This document shows, piece after piece, positions 1-10,144 of a DNA stretch of 64,000 nt. Under the pieces are notes generated by a model. It was given only the letters and a program-made list of their open reading frames with translations, was not told where the DNA came from and made no database searches. Source of the DNA: Candidatus Micrarchaeota archaeon (GTDB lineage: Archaea > Micrarchaeota > Micrarchaeia > Micrarchaeales > CABMGC01); the NCBI GenBank assembly GCA_021797995.1, contig JAJZYR010000003.1, positions 8,798 to 72,797 on the forward strand. The letters are read 5' to 3'. Position 1 is the stretch's first letter, and each line of letters starts with the position of its first letter. A program made the translations under genes and the position numbers.

Positions 1-104
1 TGATAAACGGCATGAACTGCCTGCTTGACAGGCGCGCTTCGCGGGGAAGCATCGCCAGCCATGCAGCAGAAGCGGAGCGGAATCAGGAGAAGAGGTAAGA
101 GAAC

Positions 105-1208
105 ATGGTAGAGAAAAATATAGCGGTGCTCGCAGGCGACGGAATAGGCCCCGAGATAATGGCAGAGGCAGTGAAGGTGCTGAAGGCCGTAGGCGACAAA
201 TACTCGCACACGTTCAATCTCGAGTACGCGCCTTTCGGGGGCGAGGGATATGACAAGGAGGGCAATCCGTTTCCCGAGAGGACAAAAGAAGCATGCGACT
301 CTGCTGATGCGATACTGAAGGGGCCGATAGGCGGCCCAAAGTACGACAAGATACAGCCCCCCGAGCTCAGGCCCGAAAGGGGAGGCCTTCTACCGCTCAG
401 GAGGAGATACGACACCTTTGCGAACCTGAGGATAGCCAGGCTCCCTCCTGAACTTGCCTCATTCTCGCCGCTGAGGCCTGAGGTGATAAAGAACGGCATC
501 GACATTCTTTTCGTAAGGGAGCTTGTCGGAGGCATATACTTCGGGAGGAAGGAGGAAGGGAAGGACGAGAGCGGCACGGAGCGCGCAATTGACGTTATGG
601 AATATACAAGGCCGCAGGTCGAGAGGATAGCGAGAGTCGCATTTGCAGAGGCAAGGAAGAGGAAGGCGAAGCTCCACAACCTGCACAAGTCCAACGTACT
701 CCAGTGCAGCATCTTCTGGAACCGGATTGTCGACGAGATAAACAGGAAGGAGTATCCCGATGTTGCAGTGGAACACATGCTCATAGACAACGCAGCGTAT
801 ACAATGGAGATAAAGCCTTCTAGTTTCTCCGTGGTCCTTGCGGAGAACATGATGGGCGATATAATAACGGACCAGGCAGCAGGCGCGATAGGGTCGCTGG
901 GCCTGATGCCTTCTGCGTGCATGGGCCCTGAGAAGGCGTACTTTGAACCTGCCCACGGCTCCGCCCCTGCGCTTGCTGGCACCAATACGGCAAATCCGTA
1001 TGCCATGATAGCCAGCGCGGCAATGATGCTGGACAAGGCATTTGGGCTGAAGGCAGAATCGGAGGAGGTATTCAACTCCCTGTTCCGCGTCTTTGGCACA
1101 GGCCACATAACTGCAGAGCTCACTGCCGAGGGCAGGGCATCCGGGATCCAGCTCAGCACGAGCGCCTTCGGGGACATGGTGGCAAGCGGCATAGAGGGGG
1201 TAAAATGA
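105..1208 (+). CDS. leuB: 3-isopropylmalate dehydrogenase
   Basis: 367-aa ORF with N-terminal [13 protein letters not shown] motif and full-length isopropylmalate/isocitrate dehydrogenase pattern. Its stop overlaps the leuC start (ATGA). Confidence 0.9.
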   Translation: MVEKNIAVLAGDGIGPEIMAEAVKVLKAVGDKYSHTFNLEYAPFGGEGYDKEGNPFPERTKEACDSADAILKGPIGGPKYDKIQPPELRPERGGLLPLRRRYDTFANLRIARLPPELASFSPLRPEVIKNGIDILFVRELVGGIYFGRKEEGKDESGTERAIDVMEYTRPQVERIARVAFAEARKRKAKLHNLHKSNVLQCSIFWNRIVDEINRKEYPDVAVEHMLIDNAAYTMEIKPSSFSVVLAENMMGDIITDQAAGAIGSLGLMPSACMGPEKAYFEPAHGSAPALAGTNTANPYAMIASAAMMLDKAFGLKAESEEVFNSLFRVFGTGHITAELTAEGRASGIQLSTSAFGDMVASGIEGVK

Positions 1209-2611
1209 CTGGAGAGAGCCTTTTCGAGAAGGTATGGAAGCTGCATGCCGTGGCGGAGCTGCCCACAGGCCAGACACAGCTCTTCATAGGCATGCACCTC
1301 GTACACGAGGTCACGAGCCCCCAGGCGTTCGACATGCTTCGTGAGAGCGGGGCCGGGGTGGCATTCCCCAAGCGCACGTTTGCCACCGTGGACCACATAA
1401 TACCCACGGACGAAGGGCGCGCGAGGCCCTTCAAGGACGCGATGGCAGAGAAGATGATCGCAGCACTGGAAAAGAACGCGAAGGAGTCCAACATAACCCT
1501 CTTCAACCTCGGCGACGCACGCCAGGGCATAGTCCATGTCATAGGGCCTGAGCTGGGGCTTACGCAGCCGGGCATGACCATTGTCTGCGGAGACAGCCAT
1601 ACGAGCACCCATGGGGCGTTGGGGGCGCTCGCGTTCGCGATAGGCACCACGCAGCTCAGGGATGTCCTTGCCACGCAGTGCGTGGCGGTGAGCAAGCCAA
1701 AGACAAGGCGGATAGAGATAAACGGGGCAATGCGGAAGGGCGTATACTCAAAGGACGTCATACTTGCGATAATAAGGAAGCTGGGCGTAGGCGCCGGCGC
1801 CGGATACGCATACGAATATGCGGGAAGCGCAATCGAAGGAATGAGCATAGAGGAGCGTATGACCGTGTGCAACATGAGCATAGAGGGCGGAGCCACGGTA
1901 GGATACGTAAGCCCTGACGAGAAGACGTTCGAGTACATCCGCGGCAGGCCGTATGCTCCCCCGGAGGAATCGTACGACCTTGCAGTCAGGTACTGGAAGT
2001 CGGTGGCTTCGGATCCTGATGCAAGATACGACGACACGTGCACCATAGACGCCGCAAGCCTGGAGCCCATGGTCACGTGGGGCATAAATCCGGGGCAGGC
2101 GGTAGGCATCTCGGAGCGGCTCCCGCCCCTCTCCGGATTTCCCGAGGCCGAACGCGCCAATGCGGAGAAAGCGTATAAGTACATGGGCGTTGCTCCTGGA
2201 GAGGAGCTTGCAGGAAAGAGGATAGATGTCGCATTCATAGGATCGTGCACCAACTCGCGGATCTCGGACCTCAGGGAAGCTGCGGCAATCCTCTCCGGCA
2301 GGAAGGTAAGCGGTCACGTCAAGGCGCTTGCGGTGCCCGGCTCGTCCAGCGTCAAGGCGCTTGCCGAGCGCGAGGGAATCGATAGGATCTTCAAGGAGGC
2401 GGGATTCGAGTGGCGCAGTGCCGGATGCTCAATGTGCCTTGGGATGAACCCCGACAAGCTTGTGGGAACGCAGCTGTGCGCATCCTCGTCAAACCGGAAC
2501 TACATAGGCCGCCAGGGAAGCCCCACGGGGCGCACAATGCTTATGAGCCCGGCAATGGTCGCTGCAGCTGCGATAGAAGGCAAGGTTACCGATGTAAGGG
2601 ATATGGAGTGA
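1205..2611 (+). CDS. leuC: 3-isopropylmalate dehydratase large subunit
   Basis: 468-aa aconitase-family ORF with [19 protein letters not shown] and CSMCLGMN cluster-ligand contexts, located between leuB and leuD. Confidence 0.9.
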   Translation: MTGESLFEKVWKLHAVAELPTGQTQLFIGMHLVHEVTSPQAFDMLRESGAGVAFPKRTFATVDHIIPTDEGRARPFKDAMAEKMIAALEKNAKESNITLFNLGDARQGIVHVIGPELGLTQPGMTIVCGDSHTSTHGALGALAFAIGTTQLRDVLATQCVAVSKPKTRRIEINGAMRKGVYSKDVILAIIRKLGVGAGAGYAYEYAGSAIEGMSIEERMTVCNMSIEGGATVGYVSPDEKTFEYIRGRPYAPPEESYDLAVRYWKSVASDPDARYDDTCTIDAASLEPMVTWGINPGQAVGISERLPPLSGFPEAERANAEKAYKYMGVAPGEELAGKRIDVAFIGSCTNSRISDLREAAAILSGRKVSGHVKALAVPGSSSVKALAEREGIDRIFKEAGFEWRSAGCSMCLGMNPDKLVGTQLCASSSNRNYIGRQGSPTGRTMLMSPAMVAAAAIEGKVTDVRDME

Positions 2612-2615
2612 CAGA

Positions 2616-3257
2616 ATGGATACTATAATAAAAGAGATCGTAGGAAGGGCGCTTCCCCTCAGGGGCAATGACATAGACACCGACAGGATCGTACCTGCCA
2701 GGTTCCTCAAAGAGATAACCTTCTCGAGGATGGGCGAGTACGCGTTCTACGATGAGAGATTCGGCGACTCCGGAGAGAAGAAGGAGCATCCGTTCAACAA
2801 TCCCGCATATGCCGGTGCCAGCATACTGATAGTTAACAAGAACTTTGGCTGCGGATCGTCGAGGGAGCATGCACCGCAGGCAATAAAGAGGTTCGGCATC
2901 CGCGCCATAATAGGCGAGTCGTTCGCCACGATTTTCTCCGGGAACTCCTTTGCCATAGGCATGCCGCTGCTGCGGGTCAGCGCCGAAGACGCAGAGTACC
3001 TGCTGAAGGCGGTAGAGGAAAACAAGAGCGCCGAGCTCCGCATCTCGCTTCCTGACAAATCCATAACACTTAATGGCAGGGCGATCGGGTTCTCAATCCC
3101 CGAAGCGGAGCTAAATGCGTTTGTGACAGGAAGATGGGACTCGCTCAGCCTCCTGCTGGCCAACGCGGAGAAGGCAAAGCAGCTCGAAGCAGGCCTCAAA
3201 TATCCGAACAGGTTCGGCGCTGTGCACGATTCGGGAGGCGCGCAGGCCTACGGGTAA
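2616..3257 (+). CDS. leuD: 3-isopropylmalate dehydratase small subunit
   Basis: 213-aa aconitase swivel-domain ORF with GCGSSREHAP motif, directly after leuC. Confidence 0.88.
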   Translation: MDTIIKEIVGRALPLRGNDIDTDRIVPARFLKEITFSRMGEYAFYDERFGDSGEKKEHPFNNPAYAGASILIVNKNFGCGSSREHAPQAIKRFGIRAIIGESFATIFSGNSFAIGMPLLRVSAEDAEYLLKAVEENKSAELRISLPDKSITLNGRAIGFSIPEAELNAFVTGRWDSLSLLLANAEKAKQLEAGLKYPNRFGAVHDSGGAQAYG

Positions 3258-3501
3258 CCGCGACCATCACGGCAACCATGTAAAAGCGGCGATCAAAATG
3301 GAGAACAAAGAGAATAAGGCCATAAATGCATCAGGCAGGAATCAGATATCCGATATCGCCGGTGAGGATGAGCCTGCTTCCTGTAAAGCATGGCCTGTTA
3401 TAAAAAGCCGGTGTGGGCCGCGGCCTTATAAAGGAGGGGTACGAAACCGCAGCAATGCATATAAATGTAAATGAGGAAATAGCTTGGATTGCGGTGCCTA
3501 G

Positions 3502-5280
3502 ATGCAAAGGAAGGAAAATCCAGGGATAAAAGTCACGGATTACATCATAGACCGCCTGCTCAAAGCAGGCATAACGCAGGGCTTCTTCATGAGCGGCGGC
3601 ATGATAGCGCCGATTGCCGATGCATGCTACAGGAAGGGCTTCGGCCTCTTTACCATGCATCACGAACAGGCCGCTGCCTTCGCAGCCGAGGCCCAGGCGA
3701 CCGTGACAAAGAAGATAGGGGTGGCGATGGCAACAAGCGGCCCTGGCGCCACAAACCTCGTCACAGGCATAGGAAGCGCATACTTCTCCTCGAATCCCGT
3801 GCTCTTCATCACCGGTCAGGTCCAGAACAGCGAGATTAACACTGGCGGGAAGAGGAGGCAGGTCGGATTCCAGGAGACGGACATAGTCTCGATAGTAAGC
3901 AAGATAACCAAGTACTCGAGGCTGGTAAAGTCGCCGGATGCGATTGCATACGAGCTGGAGAAGGCGCTTTTCACGGCTACTGAAGGCAGGATGGGCCCGG
4001 TCCTGCTCGACATACCCTTCGATGTGCAGCTGTCAGACGTTGCGCCTGAAAGCCTCGCGCATTTCCTGGGGTCGGAAGAGCACGCCAGGCTTTCGCAGAA
4101 GGCCAAGCCTGACGAAGCAGTGCTTAATATGGTAGCTAAGATGTTTGCCGACTCCAAGAGGCCGCTGATCCTGATAGGCCACGGCGTCAGGCTCTCCAAC
4201 GCCGAGCCGGAAGTGCTGAAGCTGGTAGAGAAGGCCAACGTGCCGTTTGTCACCTCCCTTCTCGGCACAGACGTGATTCCCACGGTCCATCCTCTCTGCT
4301 ACGGGTTCATAGGCACATACGGCCAGAGGCCTGCCAACTTCGCCACTGCGAACGCCGACCTCCTGCTCGTGCTCGGCTCCAGGCTGGATGTCAGGCAGAT
4401 AGGCCCGAGGTCAGGATTCGCCCAGGCCGCCAAGATAATACACGTGGATATAGACCAGTCAGAGCTCAACGCATCGGTAAACGAGGACGTTTCTGTGGAG
4501 ATGGATATCAGCGACTTCGTAAATGCGCTCCTCCCGCTTCTGGCGAGGAAGGAACTTGGCGAATGGCTCAGCTTTCTCGACGGCCTGAAGATCAGGTACA
4601 AGGGGCCTGAGCAGAGAGTGCGCACTAACGAAATCGATCCAATCAAGGCGATAAGGCTGCTCTCGGACAGGTACGGCAGCGACGGCATTGTAGCGGTCGA
4701 TGTCGGATCGCACCAACTCTGGTTCGGTCAGGGATGGGAAACCAAGGAGGGCCAGACGGTGATGACCAATGGGGGCATGGGGCCCATGGGCTTCTCGCTT
4801 CCTGCTGCGGTAGGCGCCTCCATTGCTACTGGCAGGCGCGAGGTGCTTGTAGTGACAGGCGACGGAGGCCTGCAGGTGAACATACAGGAGATGCAAACAG
4901 TGGCAAGGAATAAACTTCCCGTAAAGATAGCCGTATTCGACAACAATGCGCTGATACTCGTTACGCAGTTCCAGTCCGACTTCCTGGGGGGCAGGAACAT
5001 AGGCAGCCTGCCCGCCGGAGGCTACGACTCCCCCGACTTCGTCAAGGTCGCCAGGGCATATGGCTTCAGCGCCGAATACGCGAACACCAGCGGCGAGCTG
5101 GAGGAAAAGATAGGCTGGCTGGTGGGGCAGAAGGGAGCGAGCCTGCTGCAGATCAAGGTGCCGCAGGAATACTGGGTTGTGCCGAAGACAAAGAGCGGCT
5201 CCCCGATGCATGACATGTCGCCGCGCCTGGACAAGGGCGAGTATGCCAGCGCTGTTAAATACGCGAAGGGCATGAAATAA
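3502..5280 (+). CDS. thiamine-pyrophosphate enzyme, acetolactate synthase large-subunit family
   Basis: 592-aa ORF. N-terminal TPP-pyrimidine domain (MATSGPGATNLVTGIGSAYFSSNPVLFITGQ) and C-terminal TPP-binding motif (VTGDGGLQVNIQEMQT...FDNN). No small subunit lies adjacent, so the exact substrate is uncertain. Confidence 0.75.
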   Translation: MQRKENPGIKVTDYIIDRLLKAGITQGFFMSGGMIAPIADACYRKGFGLFTMHHEQAAAFAAEAQATVTKKIGVAMATSGPGATNLVTGIGSAYFSSNPVLFITGQVQNSEINTGGKRRQVGFQETDIVSIVSKITKYSRLVKSPDAIAYELEKALFTATEGRMGPVLLDIPFDVQLSDVAPESLAHFLGSEEHARLSQKAKPDEAVLNMVAKMFADSKRPLILIGHGVRLSNAEPEVLKLVEKANVPFVTSLLGTDVIPTVHPLCYGFIGTYGQRPANFATANADLLLVLGSRLDVRQIGPRSGFAQAAKIIHVDIDQSELNASVNEDVSVEMDISDFVNALLPLLARKELGEWLSFLDGLKIRYKGPEQRVRTNEIDPIKAIRLLSDRYGSDGIVAVDVGSHQLWFGQGWETKEGQTVMTNGGMGPMGFSLPAAVGASIATGRREVLVVTGDGGLQVNIQEMQTVARNKLPVKIAVFDNNALILVTQFQSDFLGGRNIGSLPAGGYDSPDFVKVARAYGFSAEYANTSGELEEKIGWLVGQKGASLLQIKVPQEYWVVPKTKSGSPMHDMSPRLDKGEYASAVKYAKGMK

Positions 5281-5503
5281 CGGACCAAAGGCAGCCCAGC
5301 GGGCAGCAGGCGCCCATCACAATTCCATATCCATAATAGGAGAGATTACCGTACTTTGCATCAACAGCAAGTTTCCTTGTCGCAAGCGCAAAGACTATCG
5401 CGCCTATTATCATTACTATCACTGTAAGCGTAATTCGGCATTCCTCTTTATCATATGAGACCTCTTCTATGCCTACGGGAGTCCTTATCGGACCGAATAG
5501 CAA

Positions 5504-5513
5504 GATATAAATA
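5504..5513 (+). promoter_or_regulatory. TATA-box-like element upstream of the MNT gene
   Basis: GATATAAATA sits about 30 nt upstream of the ATG at 5538, a spacing typical of a leaderless archaeal transcript. Confidence 0.45.
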
Positions 5514-5537
5514 CCTTTAGGGATAAAGATACTGAAT

Positions 5538-6059
5538 ATGGCAGAGACCAAGATCTACATTGACGATAATGTCGACAAGAAACTGCGGGAGGAGGCGATG
5601 GCCAGGTTCGGCTACGGCCGCGGTTCCATAAGCAGCGCGGTCGAGGAGGCGATAGTGCAATGGCTCCGGCGCGACGGCATCATAAGGAAAAGGCTCGATG
5701 CCATCGTAGACATGGCCAAGAAGGACAATGGCGTCATCGCTGTACTGCTCTTCGGCAGTTATGCCAGAAAGGAGCACGACTATGTTGATGTTGATGTGGC
5801 ACTGCTGCTTGAAAAGGATGCCGCATCGTCGGACGAAAGGCTTTCGTACTCGAATGCCGAAGGCGGCTATGAAGATCATCTGGTTGACCTCTCGATACTG
5901 AACAAGATGCCGCTTGATGCCCAGAGTAAGATACTGAACGAGGCGGAAATATTGTATGTCAGGGACAAGGCAAAATTATATGACTACAGTATAGACGTAA
6001 TCGGCCGCTGGTCTGATTTCAAGCCAAGGCTTGAAGCGACATTGAACTTGAACAGGTGA
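5538..6059 (+). CDS. minimal nucleotidyltransferase (MNT antitoxin-type) with N-terminal ribbon-helix-helix-like segment
   Basis: 173-aa ORF with NTase core LLFGSYARKEHDYVDVDVALLL (GS...DxD). The N-terminus KIYIDDNVDKKLREEAMARFG...AVEEAIVQWL resembles CopG/Arc RHH. Confidence 0.75.
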   Translation: MAETKIYIDDNVDKKLREEAMARFGYGRGSISSAVEEAIVQWLRRDGIIRKRLDAIVDMAKKDNGVIAVLLFGSYARKEHDYVDVDVALLLEKDAASSDERLSYSNAEGGYEDHLVDLSILNKMPLDAQSKILNEAEILYVRDKAKLYDYSIDVIGRWSDFKPRLEATLNLNR

Positions 6060-6114
6060 TCCCCTGATTGATATCATCAGGATAAAACGCAAGCTGGCCG
6101 ATCTTGAGCGGTAC

Positions 6115-6486
6115 ATGAAGAGGCTTGAGGCTCTGGCTCCGAAGAGCGCGGATTCCTATATAAAAGCCGATCCTAACATAAAGGATGCCGTTGAGAGGAA
6201 CCTTCAGCTGGTCAGCGACGCGGAACTCGACATAGCGATGCAGCTCTACAAAGGGATGGAGCTGAGGCTGGGAGGAGATGACGAGTCGGTGCTGGAACGC
6301 GTTGAACCTAAGCTCGGAAAGAGCATAGTCTCGAAGCTTAAGGAGAGGAGGAAGTTGAGGAACGCGCTGATACACGCATATGCCGAATCGGCATATGACA
6401 AGGAAGCGTTCGCACAGGCGCATGGCCGTGATGACATAGGAGCTTTCATCAGGAAGGTAAACGAGCTAATGAAGGCAAGCGCCTGA
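6115..6486 (+). CDS. HEPN-domain protein, DUF86 type (putative toxin partner of MNT)
   Basis: Contains RNALIHAY (Rx4H plus Y), the DUF86/HEPN signature, immediately downstream of the MNT gene. The real N-terminus may lie upstream of the first ATG (see findings). Confidence 0.75.
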   Translation: MKRLEALAPKSADSYIKADPNIKDAVERNLQLVSDAELDIAMQLYKGMELRLGGDDESVLERVEPKLGKSIVSKLKERRKLRNALIHAYAESAYDKEAFAQAHGRDDIGAFIRKVNELMKASA

Positions 6487-6699
6487 CCCGTCCGGCATCA
6501 TCGCTTGCAGCAAGGCCGAGCACGCCAAAGCTGAACTGCGCCTCAACAACATCTGAGATGCAGGGCGAACCACGCCGGTTTTGTTTATAAAATAGGGGAT
6601 ATGTTTATAAAAAGAATTTATCAACACATATTATAAACAAAGCCCGTGCAGCCTGCACATTTAAATATTCTTTCCAGCAAAATAGTATCAGATGGGTCT

Positions 6700-7014
6700 A
6701 TGCTAGAGCTAACCAAGGATAATTTCGAGGACGGAGTGAAGAAGTCGCAGCTTCCTGTTATAGTCGACTGCTGGGCGAGCTGGTGCGGCCCATGCCGTGT
6801 CTTTGCCCCTGTCTTTGAAGCGCTTGAGGGCGACTTCGCCAAGAGGGTCAAGTTCGCAAAACTCAACGTAGACGACAACCAGGAACTTGCCGGCCAGTAC
6901 AATATAATGAGCATACCGACCACGCTCCTCTTCGAGAAGGGCGAGGTAAAGGCCATGTCCGTGGGCGCGCTGCCGAAGGAGAGCCTCAGGAAGTGGCTGG
7001 AGAAAAACCTATAA
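6700..7014 (+). CDS. trx: thioredoxin
   Basis: WCGPC active site in PVIVDCWASWCGPCRVF. The ORF is open from 6646; Met at 6700 gives the usual thioredoxin length, but 6646 remains a possible start. Confidence 0.88.
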   Translation: MLELTKDNFEDGVKKSQLPVIVDCWASWCGPCRVFAPVFEALEGDFAKRVKFAKLNVDDNQELAGQYNIMSIPTTLLFEKGEVKAMSVGALPKESLRKWLEKNL

Positions 7015-7034
7015 CTCTTCCTGTCACATGATAA

Positions 7035-8324
7035 ATGAAAGCGGAGGCTATGCCGATAGAACTATTGCGCGGCACGCGCGACTATGATCCCGAAGGCGCG
7101 ATAAAGCTAAGGGAGATAACGTCGAAGATAGAGGAGGTGTTCAAGAGGTTCGGCTTCTATCCGATAGAGACCCCCAGCCTGGAAAGCACAGAGACGCTCA
7201 ACGCGAAGGCATATGGCCAGGAGGCCAGGAAGGAAATGTATACGATAGACGGCAGCGAGGCCGGGTTGATATACGACCTCACCGTGCCCCTGGCAAGGTA
7301 CTTCTCATCGAACAGGAGCATAAGCCTGCCATTCAAGAGATACCAGATAGGGAGAGTGTGGAGGAGGGAGGAGCCGCAGAAGATGAGGTCAAGGGAGCTG
7401 ATACAGGCAGACGCTGACATCGTGGGGAGCGCGGAACCGGCAAGCGATGCGGAGGTGATTGCCTCAACAGCCATAAGCCTTGAGTCAGTGGGCCTGACGG
7501 GATACACGATCCTGCTGAGCAGCAGGGTGTTCCTGAGCGAGGTGCTGTCCCTGTTCAAGGTGCCCCAGGAAAAGCAGAGCCAAGCCATAACTGCGATAGA
7601 CAAGCTGGAGAAGATAACCGCTGGAGGCGTCAGGGAGCAGCTGCTGGCGCTCGGCATCGACAGCCAGAGTGCCGACTCCCTGCTTAACTTCATCGCCGAG
7701 GAGGGCGGAAACAGCGAGAAGCTGCACAAGCTCGCGACAAACTGCCCCGGGGCGAAGGCGGAGGTGGACAGGATGCTCATGGTGCTCGGGCTCCTCTCGA
7801 ACTACCATCTTAACGGCGAGGTGAAGATAGACCTTTCGCTCGCAAGGGGGCTTGACTATTACACCGGGGCGGTATGGGAATTCGTGGAGTTCGAAGACGG
7901 CAGGAGGCTGCCGACGATTGCCTCTGGAGGCAGGTACGACAGACTCATCGGCATATACGCGAAGACGCAGCAGCCCGCAGTTGGATCGTCGATAGGCATA
8001 AGCAGGATATATGACCTGGTGCAGATCCCGGATCCGAGGCCGACCTATGCAGCGGTATATGTTGCAAACATAGGCCCAGAAAACCTGGATTATGCCATGA
8101 CGATTGCAAACTTCATGAGGGCCGCCGGCATATACACCGACCTCAATCTCACTGCGAGGAGCATATCAAAGCAGCTCGAGTATGCTAATTCGATGAAGGT
8201 AAGATACGCCGTAATAGTAGGCACGCAGGAGAGGGCCGCAAACAAGGTAAGGATGCGCGACATGTCCTCAAGAAGCGAAGAGTTATTATCCCTTGATGAA
8301 GCAATATCAAAGGCGAAGGGCTGA
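7035..8324 (+). CDS. hisS: histidyl-tRNA synthetase
   Basis: 429-aa class II aaRS pattern with LLRGTRDY N-terminus, RYFSS...FKRYQIGRVWRREEPQ motif 2 region, GGRYD and a C-terminal anticodon-binding domain. The start could be the Met at 7050. Confidence 0.9.
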   Translation: MKAEAMPIELLRGTRDYDPEGAIKLREITSKIEEVFKRFGFYPIETPSLESTETLNAKAYGQEARKEMYTIDGSEAGLIYDLTVPLARYFSSNRSISLPFKRYQIGRVWRREEPQKMRSRELIQADADIVGSAEPASDAEVIASTAISLESVGLTGYTILLSSRVFLSEVLSLFKVPQEKQSQAITAIDKLEKITAGGVREQLLALGIDSQSADSLLNFIAEEGGNSEKLHKLATNCPGAKAEVDRMLMVLGLLSNYHLNGEVKIDLSLARGLDYYTGAVWEFVEFEDGRRLPTIASGGRYDRLIGIYAKTQQPAVGSSIGISRIYDLVQIPDPRPTYAAVYVANIGPENLDYAMTIANFMRAAGIYTDLNLTARSISKQLEYANSMKVRYAVIVGTQERAANKVRMRDMSSRSEELLSLDEAISKAKG

Positions 8325-8328
8325 CCTA

Positions 8329-8838
8329 ATGGCAAGATCTGAGATGGAGGACGTAACGGCAAAGGCGCTCGGGAAAGGCGGCATACTGGTAAAGCTGTAC
8401 TTTGACATGCACAGCAAGGAGCAATCAGGCTTGCAGCCGATACTCGCCGACCTGATCAACAACAGGCTGCTGAAATCAAAGGGCGTAATCTACGGCTTCG
8501 GGAGCATAGAGGAGCCCATCTTTGACCGCGACATGTACACGACAACGGCCACCGTCACCGTGCTCGTCGACAGCCTGGAGGACCTTGCAGGAGTGGTATT
8601 CATGTTCGCACCAGCCGCAATAGAGGTGATGAAGCCGGAGATGCAGTATGTCATCAAGCAGTCTGAGCTGCAGGACCTGCTCCTCAGCCTCTCCACAATC
8701 TCAGCGAACTATTCGGAGCACATCCTGAAGAATACGATGTCAGAAGAGGAATTCGAGAAGGTCCGCCAGGACCTGAAGTCGAGGGAGGAGCTGGGCAGGA
8801 AGATCCTAAAGAAACCAGGCGGCGCGGAAGGCGCATGA
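8329..8838 (+). CDS. hypothetical protein
   Basis: ORF open from 8293. Met at 8329 avoids overlap with hisS. No recognisable motif. Confidence 0.5.
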   Translation: MARSEMEDVTAKALGKGGILVKLYFDMHSKEQSGLQPILADLINNRLLKSKGVIYGFGSIEEPIFDRDMYTTTATVTVLVDSLEDLAGVVFMFAPAAIEVMKPEMQYVIKQSELQDLLLSLSTISANYSEHILKNTMSEEEFEKVRQDLKSREELGRKILKKPGGAEGA

Positions 8839-8960
8839 CCCTTCCGCAGGCAAAGTGCGCCGGCCCCCCGCCGGCTATGACAGGCCGTGGCTATGCGCAG
8901 AATATTCTGGATACAATGAAATGCGGCAGCAGTGTTATACAAGATACGCAAACGAGGCAT

Positions 8961-10067
8961 CTAGTCCGCGAGCCCCCTGAGGAAGAACCTCCTTATTACG
9001 AGGCTAGGCCTGTCCATATCGCCGTATCTCTCGAGAAACCCCTCAATTCCAATCGCCTTAGACATGCTTATGATCCTGCCTATCGACTCCGGACCGAGGG
9101 ATGAATAGAGCCTGTTTATCATCGAATGCAGTTTCATATCCATCCCATACCTGGACATGAACCTCTTCTCATAGGCAGAGAGATCCAATCCGTTCCTTAT
9201 ATGCCCCTTTATCGCATCGGCCGCCATCAGTGCGGCATTGCCCCCAAATATAATGCCCCCTCCTGTAGTCGACTTTACCTGACCCGCAGCGTCACCGACA
9301 AGCAGGACCTCCCTTTTGGGGTCTACGATCCTCTCCCTTCTTGCCATAGGTATTATGCTCGCGCCGCCGCAGATCGGCCTGCTTTTGCCTATTGCCTCTG
9401 CAACTTCCTTGGTCCTCAGGAATCGTTCGAGCACGTGCCTGCTGTTTACCGAATGGGCCGTAGTCCCGACCCCCACCTCAAGCACGTCCTTTGCGTTTGG
9501 GCAGAGCCAGGCGAAGAGGCCAGGCCACGACCTGCTGTCGAAGAAGAGATCTGCAGCATCGGGTTCGGCCATTGTCACGTTGTACTCCTGCTTGTAAGTG
9601 ATCGCATAAGGAGGTGCGGCCCCCATTCCGAAGTGCTTTGCCACCGTGGACACTGCGCCGTCGGCCCCGATTATTACCGAGTCCTCCGCAAGTGCGTCAA
9701 GCTCCTTCCTCGCGATTCTCTTCCCGGTCACTATGCTTGTGCCGGCTCTCTCTGCATTATCAATGCAGATTTCGTTGAGCCTCTTCCTGTCGAGCACAGC
9801 GGCCACGGCACCCCTGGCGCGTATCCTCATCGTCCTTCCATTCGCATGTATGTTCGCACCCCTCAGCGTGTTCGTTACCGCCTTGGTGTAATCGAGGCCG
9901 AGCGTTCCCAGTCCGGTTAGGGAGAGTATGCCGGAGGCATGGATTCCCTCTCCAGGAACCGGTTTCTGGTCGTAAACAGTGGTAATTATCCCGTCCGCGG
10001 ACAGGCTCCTTGCGGCTATGAGCCCGGCGGTGCCGCCTCCTATCACAGCAACAGACTCCTTCTTCAT
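8961..10067 (-). CDS. geranylgeranyl reductase-family FAD-dependent oxidoreductase
   Basis: 368-aa ORF with N-terminal VAVIGGGTAGLIAA Rossmann motif and LLVGDAAGQVKSTTGGGI, typical of digeranylgeranylglycerophospholipid reductase relatives. Confidence 0.75.
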   Translation of the reverse strand: MKKESVAVIGGGTAGLIAARSLSADGIITTVYDQKPVPGEGIHASGILSLTGLGTLGLDYTKAVTNTLRGANIHANGRTMRIRARGAVAAVLDRKRLNEICIDNAERAGTSIVTGKRIARKELDALAEDSVIIGADGAVSTVAKHFGMGAAPPYAITYKQEYNVTMAEPDAADLFFDSRSWPGLFAWLCPNAKDVLEVGVGTTAHSVNSRHVLERFLRTKEVAEAIGKSRPICGGASIIPMARRERIVDPKREVLLVGDAAGQVKSTTGGGIIFGGNAALMAADAIKGHIRNGLDLSAYEKRFMSRYGMDMKLHSMINRLYSSLGPESIGRIISMSKAIGIEGFLERYGDMDRPSLVIRRFFLRGLAD

Positions 10068-10144
10068 GCTAACTACGATTGATGGATTATTAGAGAGAAG
10101 ATTCTTAAATGGGGTGGGAATAGATTAAATCATGGGTTGGGGCA

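Noticed and set aside
83-2253. Long antisense ORFs opposite leuB/leuC (509 aa and 366 aa). There are many similar ones elsewhere, e.g. 59620-61158 plus strand (512 aa) opposite endA, 37156-38085, 23815-24759 and 49707-50423.
   Set aside because: They are low-complexity, Ser/Pro/Arg/Ala-rich translations lying exactly antisense to genes with strong family motifs. These are typical shadow ORFs of GC-rich coding DNA.
3299-3475. 58-aa ORF (MENKENKAINASGRNQ...CKAWPVIKSRCGPRPYKGG...YKCK) in the leuD/TPP-enzyme gap, possibly a small Cys-containing or leader peptide.
   Set aside because: No motif or convincing start context is visible. The region also contains three TATA-like boxes and a GGCCGCGGCC palindrome, so it is more likely regulatory.
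5255-5551. 98-aa minus-strand ORF with hydrophobic stretches in the ilvB-like/MNT intergenic region.
   Set aside because: It overlaps the 3' end of the TPP enzyme gene and the MNT start. It has no recognisable start context or motif. A small membrane protein is possible but not supportable.
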